From IMG/VR virus record IMGVR_UViG_3300035521_000139, positions 38,654 through 102,653 of that record: a stretch of DNA of 64,000 nucleotides. The stretch is one strand, 5' to 3'. Of the stretch, positions 46,701 to 57,500 are shown in pieces. Below the pieces are notes generated by a model. The model searched no databases. It saw nothing but the letters and a program-made list of their open reading frames with translations, and had not been told where the DNA came from. A program made the translations under genes and the position numbers. Position 1 is the first letter of the stretch. Each line of letters opens with the position of its first letter. The DNA is from a virus (lineage: Duplodnaviria; Caudoviricetes).

Positions 46701-49700
46701 AGAAATCTTTTAATAGGAATGTTATTAGGAGATGGTACAATAAGCAATAATTACGTATTTAAAATAGCTCATGCAGAACAATATAAAGACTATCTAGAGT
46801 GGAAAATAAAGCAATTAAATAACCACGGTATAAGAAACAACGGTCTTAAAAGTTATATTAAAACACGAGGATTTAATATTGGCGTGCCTGTTTATTACAC
46901 TCAATTAAATATAATACCCTTTATTAAAGTTTTGCGTAGAGTGGTTTATAAAGAAAAGAAAATAATTGGAAACCGAAAACTTCTTAACAGATTAACTGCT
47001 TTAGGAGTGGCTATATGGTACATGGACGATGGGCATATTAATATAAGAAAATCTAAAGAGGGAAGAGTTCATGGTTTTTATATTAAAATAAGTACTTGTG
47101 AACCTAAAGAAGAAGTACAGGTTATTATTGAGTATTTTAAGGAAGTCTGGGGAATAAATTTTTACATGTTTCATGAAGGTAAAAAAGAAGATAGTTATTC
47201 TATATGCTGTGGTACAAAAGAAGGATTGAAATTTATAGAAATAGTAAAACCTTATGTATCTCAAGTACCTTCAATGTTATATAAAATACAATTTGATTTA
47301 AGCCAAAGAGAAAGAGCATTATATGACAAATCTCCTTGGAGTAGTGAAGAAAGAAAATCTCACGAAATGCACAGCACTCATAAAGAGTGAAGATATAGTC
47401 TCATCTTTATAGTAATATAAAGCTAAGAAAATGGTTGATAAAGTATATTTAATACTTCCTGAATTTAAAGTAATAAGACATTATGACAGAAAACAATTTG
47501 CTTATGATTTACTTAGAGAACAATTAGGAGATAGGAAAATAGATAAAGAAACTTTTAATAATTTATTGCATAACTTTATTTCAGCTACTTATGATAATCT
47601 TGAAGGAGAAAATGATGAAGCTGATGAAAGTATTAAAGAAATTAGAAAATTATGGAAACAACATAAGAGTGAATATGAAGTAGGACAACCTACTGTAGAA
47701 AGAATTGAATATGATTTAGATAAACCAGCTAAAGATAATTCAAGAGCTGCTAGAAATAATATGCTACTTGAAATGATGTATGGAGTTATGTCAAACTCTG
47801 ATACTATGAGTAAAATAATGAATCCTGGTAATTTTGATCCTTTAAAAAGGACTGATAGAATTGTATCTATTCTTAACAATATTAGTCAAGGAAATATTGA
47901 TACAAATATTTTAGCGGAGAAGTTTGGAACAACTAATATAAGTGCTTTATTTAAAGCTTTATTTAATGCTTCATTAGATGATCTTGAAGATATATTATCT
48001 GATGTTAATAGTAGTATTGACCCTCTATCTCCTAAAACTCAAGTAGATATTCAACAAAGAAATATGGCAGGTGCTAATTTGATTCCTATTTATGCTAATC
48101 ATAATGCTAATCATGCTATTATTCAGCATACGCAATTAGGTATTATGGATGATGCTGCATTTACTTTGAATGGTAAGAAATATACCAGTCTACATGATAT
48201 TAGAACCGAGGAAGGTCAATTAATTACTAAAACAGTAGCTATGTTCTTGGCAGCTTCAGTAGATAATGCTAAAGAGCCTGTAATGGAAGGTAATGGTCAG
48301 AATCTATTTACAGCAGATGCTTCTATGTTACTTGCTAGATTAGGACATACTCCTTTAACTATAGGTCTTTTAATGTCTCAGCCAATTGTAAGAGAAATAG
48401 TAACTTACTATAGTAGAAATTATAGAAAAGGTGTTTCAAAGAAAATGGCTATTCAAGAAGTTCTTCAGAAATACATTGATAAAGCAAAAATGGCTAATGT
48501 AAAATATGAGTCTATAAAGAATAGAAAATTCTTAGATGAAGAATTAGCTGAGAATCTTTATTATGAGCAAAGAGCTGGACAATCTACTCAAGATGAGTTA
48601 GAGCATAGTGAAAGTGCTGGTATTAGAGAGTGGTATGGCAATCAAGCTGCTGTAGGTCTTTTATTTCAACAGATATTTAGTGTAGGAGAGGCTTTAAGAG
48701 AAGTAGTAGCAGCTACTAGGTCTGATACTCCTAATGGAGCGGCAGGTCCTTCTATTGCCCACACTATGAATAAAATATCTAAAGTAGAAGATTTATTAGA
48801 GCATAGTTCTAAAGAGAAATTTCCTCTTTATGGAGCCAATGTGATAGAATTCTATTCAAGACAAGGTAGTGAAGTTTTTGATGCGGATCATTTTAGAGAA
48901 GAAGCTTTGCAACAACCTCTTCCTTATATGTTTGCTTTCTTTAATTTAGGTCTTGTAATGTCTGAAAGAATATTTGGTAAATATTTTCCTCAATATACCA
49001 GATCTTTTTATGAAGTAATGAATGAAGTTAAAGTACTTACTAAAACAGAAAGATTAAGTCCTAAAACATTAAACACTATGTATAATGATTTATTTGCTTA
49101 TATAATGTCTTCCTTGGAATTTTTTGGAGAAAGTTCCTTTACAGATTCTGAAGGAGTTACTCACAATGTTACTTCTAAAGATAAAAGAGATTATTTTATT
49201 AATGCTTTTCCTAGTTATTTTGAAAGAGTAAAATCTGAAAATCCTGATATAGCTGAAATTGAGTTTATTAAAAGATTAAAATTTATTAGAGCTAATAGAT
49301 ATAATCCTGTAGCTACTATTCAATTTAAAAATGTCGGTAATTTAACTCAAACTTTAAGAGAAGCCTTTACTAGAGATTGGCTATCTTTGGCTTATAGTAG
49401 CAATCCTGAAGCTAATAAATTAGCTTTTAATTTATTCTTATATAGTTATTATAGAGGAGGTTTTGGATTTGGTCCTGCTACCTTTATTCATTTAGCTCCT
49501 ATAATGCTTAGAATGGCAATTAAGGGGTATAATGAAAAGCTTCAAGAAGTTACAGATAATAAATCTATTACAATGGTGGATGCAGGATATGCACCTTTTA
49601 TAGATCAATTCTTTAGAAATCATTTAGATAATAGAGAATTAGTTCCTCAAGTAACTATAAAGAATGATGAAATAGAATTCATAGATGATAATGGTGTAAT

Positions 49701-50253
49701 AGCTGATGAGATTGAAGCATTTATTGATCCTAAAGAGCCTGGAAGTAAAAGAGGTTTGATAAAGGATATTGTAAAAGTAAATGGTATTGAAATTGTTATT
49801 CCTGTAGAATATTTCGCTACTAAAGTAAAGGGTAAAAAGCTTTACTATAAACTAAGTAGCTCTAGCCCAACTGGAGCAATTAAATATCAGAGAATCATGC
49901 CATTAGGCTATACTAATAGTTTTATTGAATATGAATTTGGGGTTGGAGCTGATGCTATGCAATCTTCTATTTATCTTAATGATAAGAATTATAAAAGTAA
50001 AAAGGATAAAGAAAGGGATCAAGCAGTAGAAAAATATGCTTCTCAAGATGCTGAAGCTATTGATTATGATGCAGCTAATGAAAGAGCTAGCTATCAAGAT
50101 GATGCTTATTTTGCTTCTTTAGCAGGACTTAGCGTTACTACAGGTAAGAAAGCTACTTCAGAAAGTAATTCAAATGAAAATGCAACTTTAAATGATGTAG
50201 AACCAAAAGAGGATTATAAAGATGCTGAGCAAAAACCCTCATGCCCTTTTTAA
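40733..50253 (+). CDS. Giant virion two-barrel RNA polymerase; exons 40733-46522 and 47434-50253 (~2869 aa spliced)
   Basis: TDAQ, QKPF, KNSE, ESAVKVG, GYRTPTEDKYS motifs; splicing restores AGSDFD|VDK (DxDxD); exon 2 has ASVDNAKEP. Confidence 0.88.
46523..47433 (+). mobile_element. Group I intron in the RNAP catalytic motif
   Basis: P1 ACTTCGAT/GTTGAAGT with U.G at the 5' splice site; P AATTGCTGGGA, Q ATCAGCAG, R TTCAACGACTA, S AAGATATAGTC; terminal G at 47433; phase 0. Confidence 0.92.
46674..47390 (+). CDS. Intron-encoded LAGLIDADG homing endonuclease
   Basis: LIGMLLGDG and VAIWYMDDG; lies between the R and S elements. Confidence 0.92.
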   Translation: MKTKFNKDSRNLLIGMLLGDGTISNNYVFKIAHAEQYKDYLEWKIKQLNNHGIRNNGLKSYIKTRGFNIGVPVYYTQLNIIPFIKVLRRVVYKEKKIIGNRKLLNRLTALGVAIWYMDDGHINIRKSKEGRVHGFYIKISTCEPKEEVQVIIEYFKEVWGINFYMFHEGKKEDSYSICCGTKEGLKFIEIVKPYVSQVPSMLYKIQFDLSQRERALYDKSPWSSEERKSHEMHSTHKE

Positions 50254-50290
50254 ATAAATAAAAAAATGCAAATAGTAAAAGTTTAAAATT

Positions 50291-53200
50291 ATGCCTGAAA
50301 GTTGTTCAATTATACCAAAAGTAAAGAATAAAAAAGGCGAAGTAGTAGAGAGCAAGTTATTTAAAGACTTGCTCTCCTTTGCCAACAATGTTAGAAAAAC
50401 AGCTAATGATATTTATCTTAGAACTAAAAGTGATAAATTCATTACTCATATACTTCCTAAATTAAAAGTAGATGATAATAATGAACCTTTAATATCTGAA
50501 TTATTTAAAAAAGCAGGATTAGATAAATTTATAGATATAAAAGCAATATTAGAGAAACTTAATAGAGATATTGGTTTTTATAAAAAAGGACAGGAAAGGC
50601 CTGCTTTTTATAGAAATAATAATAAGAATGCAGAAATGCTTAAACAAAAAGCTATTAAGTTTAATAAAGAAAATGAATTTAGAGAAGATTATGTAGCACA
50701 TGTTGTAAGAGTTACTAATCCCGAAGATACTCACCATGATTATATTAATGTTAAAGTAGAGAGAAAAACTCCTGAGTATTCTTTAGAAGCTAAAAAAATG
50801 GAATATAATGAAGCTCTTAATAAAAGAATTAGAGAGTTAATGCACAGATTAGGAGTAGCAGATACTGTAATAGATGCTGCTATGGAGAAAATGGGTATTA
50901 ATGGTGTTACTGATTTTGAAGGAGCTGAAAGATTAGCTAATGGAATGATAGCTATGATTAAATTAGCTAAAGGAGAAAAAGGAGAAGCAGCTTTACCTGA
51001 AGAATTTGCTCACTTAGCTTTAGATATGTTAGGTGATAATCCTTTAGTTAGTAGATTAATTAATCTTATTATAAGTAAAGACTTAGCTAGAGAAATATTA
51101 GGAGATTCTTATGAAGATTATGTTATAGCTTATACAGGAGATAAACTTAGATTAGCAAGAGAAGCTGCTGGTAAATTAGTTGCTAGAGGGTTTCTTAATA
51201 ACTATAGTGATAAAAATGCTCCAGTAGAGAGTAATAATACAGAGGGAGGTACAGATATTAATTATAAAGAAGTTAATACTATTGAAAATAAACCTTATAC
51301 AAGCTTGCTTAAAAGAGTAATTCAAGCTATAAAAAATTTCTTAAACAAGTTTAAAGTTTCAGATTTTGAGAAAGCTAAAATTGAAGCTGATAGTACTGCA
51401 AATCAAATAGCTAAAGATATATTAACAGGAGCTTTAGAAAGTTCTATGAGTTTTGATAACCTTAAATTTAAAGATAAGTTATTTAATTTAGCAGAAAGAA
51501 ATGATAAACTAAAGAAAACAGCAGAAAAACTTATTGAAAATGAGTTAAAGAGATTACATATTTATCAAAAAAGAAGTGAAAGATTTAAAGAATCTCAGAC
51601 AGAACTTATTGCTAAAATGCAGGCTGCTCTTGATGAACATAGAGTAGTAGAGAGTATTATTCTGTTTAATGAAAGTGCTTTAAAACATTTACAACAATTA
51701 CAAACTAGATTTGATAAATTAAAAGATCCTGCTGCAACATTGCAAGAGAAAGCTAAGATATTAATTAATATTCATAATTATCTTAGTAGTTATAATCCCA
51801 TGCTACAAATAGTTAGAGAATCTGTATTAGATGAAGAATCTTTTGCAGATAATTTATTTGGTAGTAGAATAAGACCTTTATTAACACAAACATCAGAATT
51901 ATTAAGAGATTTAAAATCATTCTATGATAAAAATGCAGTTCCTTTATTTATTGAATTTATTAAACCTTATGTAGGAGAAGGAATAGTAGTTCCTTTTGGT
52001 AAATGGAAAGGAAAGGTTATTACTGCTAAAACATTAGTTACAGAAGCTGATAAAGATATATCTTTTGTATCTAGATGGCTAGATTCAATGGCAGAAACTC
52101 CTGATATGATGCTAAGAACTATAGGTAGTATAGTTAGCCAAACTAAAGAAAAAGCTAGACTTGATACTCTTGATTATAAAAAGAGAATTGAAGCATTAGG
52201 AGTTGCTTTAAAAGAAGCTGGTATTGATAGCACAGAGTTTATGTTTGAAGTAGATAAAGATGGACATAAAACAGGAAGATATATCACAGAAATTGATTGG
52301 CAAAGATATAATTCTGACAAAGAAGAATTTTTTGCTCACTTAGATGATAAATATGGAACCACTCCAGTAGGAGTTGAAGAAAGAGAAAAGCAAAGAGAAA
52401 AGAGACAATGGTTTGCAGAAAATTTAAATAATGGTATTCCTGTAGCTAAATATCAAAATGAAGCATTTACTAAATTAAACGAAGCGCAAAAAGAGTTTTA
52501 TAGAGGTATAATGGCTATTAAAGCAGAGCTTGATGCTATGTTACCTGAGCATTATACTAGATTAACTAATGCAGTTAAAATAAGAAAAGATTTAATAGAG
52601 AGACTAAAGTCTTCAAATGGTGTTAAATCAGGAGGACAACAATTATGGGAAGCTATTAAAGATGCTGTTATTAGAAGAAGTGATGATACTGATTTAGATA
52701 CTAAAACTACTCTAAGAGATTTTGAAGGTAGAGAAGTACAATTCTTGCCTATTTATTATACTCACATGAAAGAAGGAGAGAGTGCCGATGATTTATCTAC
52801 TGATGTAGTTTCTACTATGACTGCCTATGCTTCTATGGCTAATGATTTTAATCAAATGAATAAAGTAGTAGATGCTCTAGAAGTAGGAAGAGATGTACTT
52901 AGAAAAAGAGGAGTTAAAAAGAGTAGTGGTGGAAAAACATTAAAAGAGAAATTTAAAGAATTAGGCCATGAAGTTGAAAATGATTTAATTGTTTATGGAG
53001 ATGCTTCTAACTTTATGGGTAGATTGAATGATTACTTTACAATGCAAGTATATCAAAGATATATGGCCGATGAAGGTACTACTTGGGGCATGGATAATGC
53101 TAAATTAGCTAATCTTTTAAATAAGTTATCTGCTATTAATATGTTAGGTTTAAATGCTCTTTCAGGAATATCTAATGTAACTACAGGTACTGTAATGATG

Positions 53201-54406
53201 AGAATTGAAGCTTTTTCAAAACAATTTTTTACAGAAACTAATAGTTTACATGCTGATAAATATTATGCAGGAGCTTTAATGGAATACTTAGGAGAAATAG
53301 GTAAATCTGTTAAAACTAGTAAACTGGCACTGTGGGATGAAATGTTTAATGTCTTACAGGAATATGAAACTGAAATTACAGATACAGAGTTTTTAAAAGG
53401 AAGGTTTGCTAAAATGAATTTATCTTCTGCATTAATGGTTATGAATCATGCTGGAGAACATTGGATGCAAAATAGAACTTCTTTGGCTCTTGCAGATGCT
53501 TATAAAATGAAATCTCCTTCAGGAGAAATAGTGAGTTTATGGGATGCTATGGAAGTTGTTCCTGTAGATAAGAATCATCCTGAAAGAGGAGCTAAATTAC
53601 AAGTAAAACAAGGCTATACTAAAGAAGATGGTTCTGAATTTACTAGAGAGGATATTATAGCTTTTAGTAGAAAAGCTTATGAAATAAATCATCAAATGCA
53701 CGGTATTTATAATAAACTCGATGCTAGTGCTGTACAAAGATTAGCAGTAGGTAAAATGGGTTTATTGTTTAGAAAATGGATAAGACCTTCTTGGAATAAA
53801 AGATTTTCAGATGTAGCTTTTAATTATGATTTAGATGATTGGACTGAAGGTTATTATAAAACTTCTGGAAGATTTTTAAAAGCTCTTTATGATGATATAA
53901 GACAAGGGCAATTAAATATTGCTGGAAGCTGGGAACAATTAGATGATGTTGAAAAAGCTAATCTTAGAAGAGCGATGACAGAAGTAATACAATTCTTAGC
54001 TGTAGCTATATTCTTAGGAGTAGTTAACTGGAAAGACAAAGACAAAGATTCTTGGGTACTTTCAATGCTTGAATACCAAGCAAGAAGATTATATACTGAG
54101 TTAGGTGTTATGATTCCCGGACCTCAAATGCTAAATGAAGGTTTAAAAATTCTTGATTCTCCTTCAGCAGGTATAAATACAGCACAAAGAACTTTAGATT
54201 TATTTAACTGTTTTAATCCTTATAATTATGAGGAAATTGCAGGTATTGAATTTGGAGGACAAGATGCTGTAATGAAGTCTGGTAAATTTAAAGGACATAA
54301 TAGAGCTACTAAGTATTTATTTATGAGTCCATTCACTCTTGTAGGAAATACTATTTACAGAGATTTGCATCCTGATGAAAGTATTAATTTCTTCAAAAAT
54401 AATTAA
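50291..54406 (+). CDS. Large virion cargo protein with a zincin-like segment
   Basis: 1371 aa, largely helical; MPESCSII start, LPEEFAH...REAAGK motif; adjacent to RNAP. Confidence 0.7.
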   Translation: MPESCSIIPKVKNKKGEVVESKLFKDLLSFANNVRKTANDIYLRTKSDKFITHILPKLKVDDNNEPLISELFKKAGLDKFIDIKAILEKLNRDIGFYKKGQERPAFYRNNNKNAEMLKQKAIKFNKENEFREDYVAHVVRVTNPEDTHHDYINVKVERKTPEYSLEAKKMEYNEALNKRIRELMHRLGVADTVIDAAMEKMGINGVTDFEGAERLANGMIAMIKLAKGEKGEAALPEEFAHLALDMLGDNPLVSRLINLIISKDLAREILGDSYEDYVIAYTGDKLRLAREAAGKLVARGFLNNYSDKNAPVESNNTEGGTDINYKEVNTIENKPYTSLLKRVIQAIKNFLNKFKVSDFEKAKIEADSTANQIAKDILTGALESSMSFDNLKFKDKLFNLAERNDKLKKTAEKLIENELKRLHIYQKRSERFKESQTELIAKMQAALDEHRVVESIILFNESALKHLQQLQTRFDKLKDPAATLQEKAKILINIHNYLSSYNPMLQIVRESVLDEESFADNLFGSRIRPLLTQTSELLRDLKSFYDKNAVPLFIEFIKPYVGEGIVVPFGKWKGKVITAKTLVTEADKDISFVSRWLDSMAETPDMMLRTIGSIVSQTKEKARLDTLDYKKRIEALGVALKEAGIDSTEFMFEVDKDGHKTGRYITEIDWQRYNSDKEEFFAHLDDKYGTTPVGVEEREKQREKRQWFAENLNNGIPVAKYQNEAFTKLNEAQKEFYRGIMAIKAELDAMLPEHYTRLTNAVKIRKDLIERLKSSNGVKSGGQQLWEAIKDAVIRRSDDTDLDTKTTLRDFEGREVQFLPIYYTHMKEGESADDLSTDVVSTMTAYASMANDFNQMNKVVDALEVGRDVLRKRGVKKSSGGKTLKEKFKELGHEVENDLIVYGDASNFMGRLNDYFTMQVYQRYMADEGTTWGMDNAKLANLLNKLSAINMLGLNALSGISNVTTGTVMMRIEAFSKQFFTETNSLHADKYYAGALMEYLGEIGKSVKTSKLALWDEMFNVLQEYETEITDTEFLKGRFAKMNLSSALMVMNHAGEHWMQNRTSLALADAYKMKSPSGEIVSLWDAMEVVPVDKNHPERGAKLQVKQGYTKEDGSEFTREDIIAFSRKAYEINHQMHGIYNKLDASAVQRLAVGKMGLLFRKWIRPSWNKRFSDVAFNYDLDDWTEGYYKTSGRFLKALYDDIRQGQLNIAGSWEQLDDVEKANLRRAMTEVIQFLAVAIFLGVVNWKDKDKDSWVLSMLEYQARRLYTELGVMIPGPQMLNEGLKILDSPSAGINTAQRTLDLFNCFNPYNYEEIAGIEFGGQDAVMKSGKFKGHNRATKYLFMSPFTLVGNTIYRDLHPDESINFFKNN

Positions 54407-54458
54407 TAAAATATTTTATTTACGATATATATTTTACCATAGTTTTTAGTTTTATGAA

Positions 54459-54497
54459 AAAAGGGATATAGATTAATTTCTATATCCCTTTATTTTT
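54459..54497. terminator. Bidirectional terminator between convergent giant genes
   Basis: AAAGGGATATAG/CTATATCCCTTT stem flanked by A- and T-runs. Confidence 0.75.
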
Positions 54498-54540
54498 ATT
54501 ATTAAGGTTCAAGCCTTAATAAAAAATTTCTTAACCTAGA

Positions 54541-57500
54541 CTAAAAGCCTACACAATTTAAAGCTTCTTCTTTTCCAATTTTTGGCAAACTATCAAATTC
54601 TTCTTTAGACATTCCATTATCTACTAAAGCTTGATATTCTGCATCAGTTAAAGTTTCCCAAGTAACTCCAAGAATATCTCTATAAATTTCTCTTAAATAT
54701 TTATCAGAAGTAAGAATTTTATCTGCATCTACTTGAGATAAATACCTATTTATAGTTTGTTTCCATCTCAGAGTTTGATAAAATTTACCACCTCGCTGTC
54801 TATTATGTTCTCTAAAAGTCTTTTCAGGAGAATTTAAATATAGATCAAAATCATCAGGATATAATTCCATTAAAGCTAATACAGAAGTAAATACTACTTT
54901 ATTTTCTCTTTTGGCTCTATCTTTTAATTTTTCCCAATTTTCTTTTAAGAACTCAATATATTCAGGGTGTTCTGTCCAATTAGCCATATACTCTCTTACA
55001 AGCTCTTTAAACTCATCAGAGTCCGTACTAAGAGCCCAGGCTTTTGGAGATTCTCTTACTTGTTCCCTAACAAACCTATCTCGTTTTTCTCCAACTTCAG
55101 CATCCCAATCTAAGATATTAGTAGCTCTTTTAAGATACTCTGTTTTACCTATTGCAGGATGTGCCCAAATTACTTTAGCATTCTTTAATTTTTTAGCTAT
55201 GTATTTATTAGCTCTTTCTTTTGCATCTTGTAAATTAGTATATTCTTTATCAGTAAGGTATCTAACATAATCCCATATATCTTTAACTCTTTGCCACTCT
55301 ATTTTAGCATTTAAAGCATTTCTAGCATCAGCTACCAAATAAAGTTTACCGTTTAAAGTTTTTGGTATAGCAGGGTACCTATTATTGCCTTCACCAACAA
55401 AGAAATCCAAGAATTTACCATGAACGCCTTCATTTAATTTTACTTCAGAACCTTCATAATATCCTAAATATTCTCCAGTTTCTTTATCAAAAATATCATA
55501 TTTAGCTACTTTTTTACCAAATAAAGATTTCCACCATTTACCTTTATTTAATTTAGTGGTATAAGCTCTATCCATAACAAAATAAGTAACTGTCTGCTGA
55601 TTCTCGGAATTAACAATTTCTGTTTTGAAATGAAAATATTTAAAATATTTCTTTATAATAGCTGCAATTTCTTCTTTTGATTTACCCATAGAATTGAAAT
55701 CAATATCATGCAAAGGATTTTCTGAAGGTCTAAATAAAGTTCCTGTAAGAGCCATAGAAGCACTTCCAGCAAGAGCAATACCCTCATTAGTCATATTAGA
55801 TATGATTTCTTCCTCATAAGGATTTTCTCTAAGAGCTTGTTCTATTTCAACTCTAACAGCTTTCTCTTTAGTTCCAGGTTTATAATCAGAATTTAATATT
55901 ACAGAAGCATCATTAAGATGTATAGCATTTACTACATGACTAGCAAAATTTCTAGCCACTTCTAACTTTAATTTTGCTACAGGAGAAAACATATTAAAGA
56001 AATCATTAATAAGATTCCATAATGTTTTAACATAAGATTTGCCTTTAGTTTTCTCTACATCTCTATTAGATTCTAACCCATAATAATTTCTTAATTCAGC
56101 AATTATATCAGCTCCCACTTCTTTTAAATAAGCTTGTCTTTGTGCTTGCCAATTTTTTCTTAATTTCTTAGGAAGCCAAGGTAAATTATACTTTAATAAA
56201 GTATTGATATTAGGATTATGTTGCATCATAAAAGCTACTGCATAACCTACTCCTTCTGTAAGATCATCAGCATTTCTATAATTAACAATTCTGTTAAGAG
56301 CATCAAATAAAGGCATTTCTCCCTCATAATTACTAACATCTCTAAGTTTAATACCAAAATTAGCCAAGAATTTAGCAGTTTCTCTCTGCATTATTTTCAG
56401 ATTCTCTGCTTTTTCTTCTTCTAATGCAGTATATTCACTCTTATCAAGTTCTCTTTTTTCATATACAGGTATTTTAGTTTTTTCTCCAGTTTCTTTAGAA
56501 GTGACTTCTCTTTCTTCTACTTGAAACATTTCAGAACCCAATCTCTCTAATCCTCTAATACCTCCTTTTGATATAGAACCCCAAGTAGATACTTTAGCTC
56601 CTATAGGAATAACCTTGTAAAGTTCTTCAAATAAAATAGCTCTTTCTTCTGGAGTAGAAGCACTAATTAAAGAATTTCCAAACTTACCATTATTAGTCTT
56701 AAAATGAACTGAATAATAATTCCCTTCATCATCTTTTACAAGCTCAAAATAACCTTTATTTTCCTTACCTTTAAGATAAATTCTGACACTTTTATTAGTT
56801 CTAGTGCTATCACTTCTCCAAGGTTTATCATACTCTTTAATAGTTACTTTGGAAGTATCTACATTTTCAGTATTAAAAGGTTTAGCCTTACTAATAGCGT
56901 TCTCATTCTTAGTATTAAACTCTTTATTAGCATAACTACCATTATAAATATTATGAAATAAAGCATTGATTGAAGGATTCTTTCTATTCCAAAATTGAAT
57001 CTTATACCAAAGATGAGTAAAGAACTCTTTAATATTTGAATAAATAGACCTTTTATTATATCTATTACTTAATCTCTTAGAAGCTTCTGCTAATTGAGAA
57101 GTATCTCCTTCAGTAACAATAGATTGAAATACTGCATTAATACCTGCTTTAAGTTTTTGAGCTATAGAATAATCTTCATAATTGCTAGCTTGTACAAATC
57201 TTCTAAAATCTTCAGCTAATCTTTCCTCTAATTCATATTTTGAATAATAACCATATTTTTCTCTAGCCTCATCAAATATTTTATCTCTTGCTTTAGCATC
57301 TAATAAATAATGGAATACTGCATGAAAAGCTTCATGATAGGCAGTTCCTTCTGCTGCAACATCAGATAATATAATTAACCCTTTAATAGTTCTACCCCAA
57401 GCTTTTCTATCATTAACTTTAATTAATCCTTCAACTATTTTAAGTCTTTGTTCTCTACTTAATTGAGGTAATACTTTTTCTAAGAAAGCTAATTCTTGTT

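Noticed and set aside
40676-50253. Treating the 1955-aa and 940-aa ORFs as two separate RNAP subunits
   Set aside because: The break falls inside DFDVD and is explained by a group I intron; the ATG at 47431 contains the intron's terminal G
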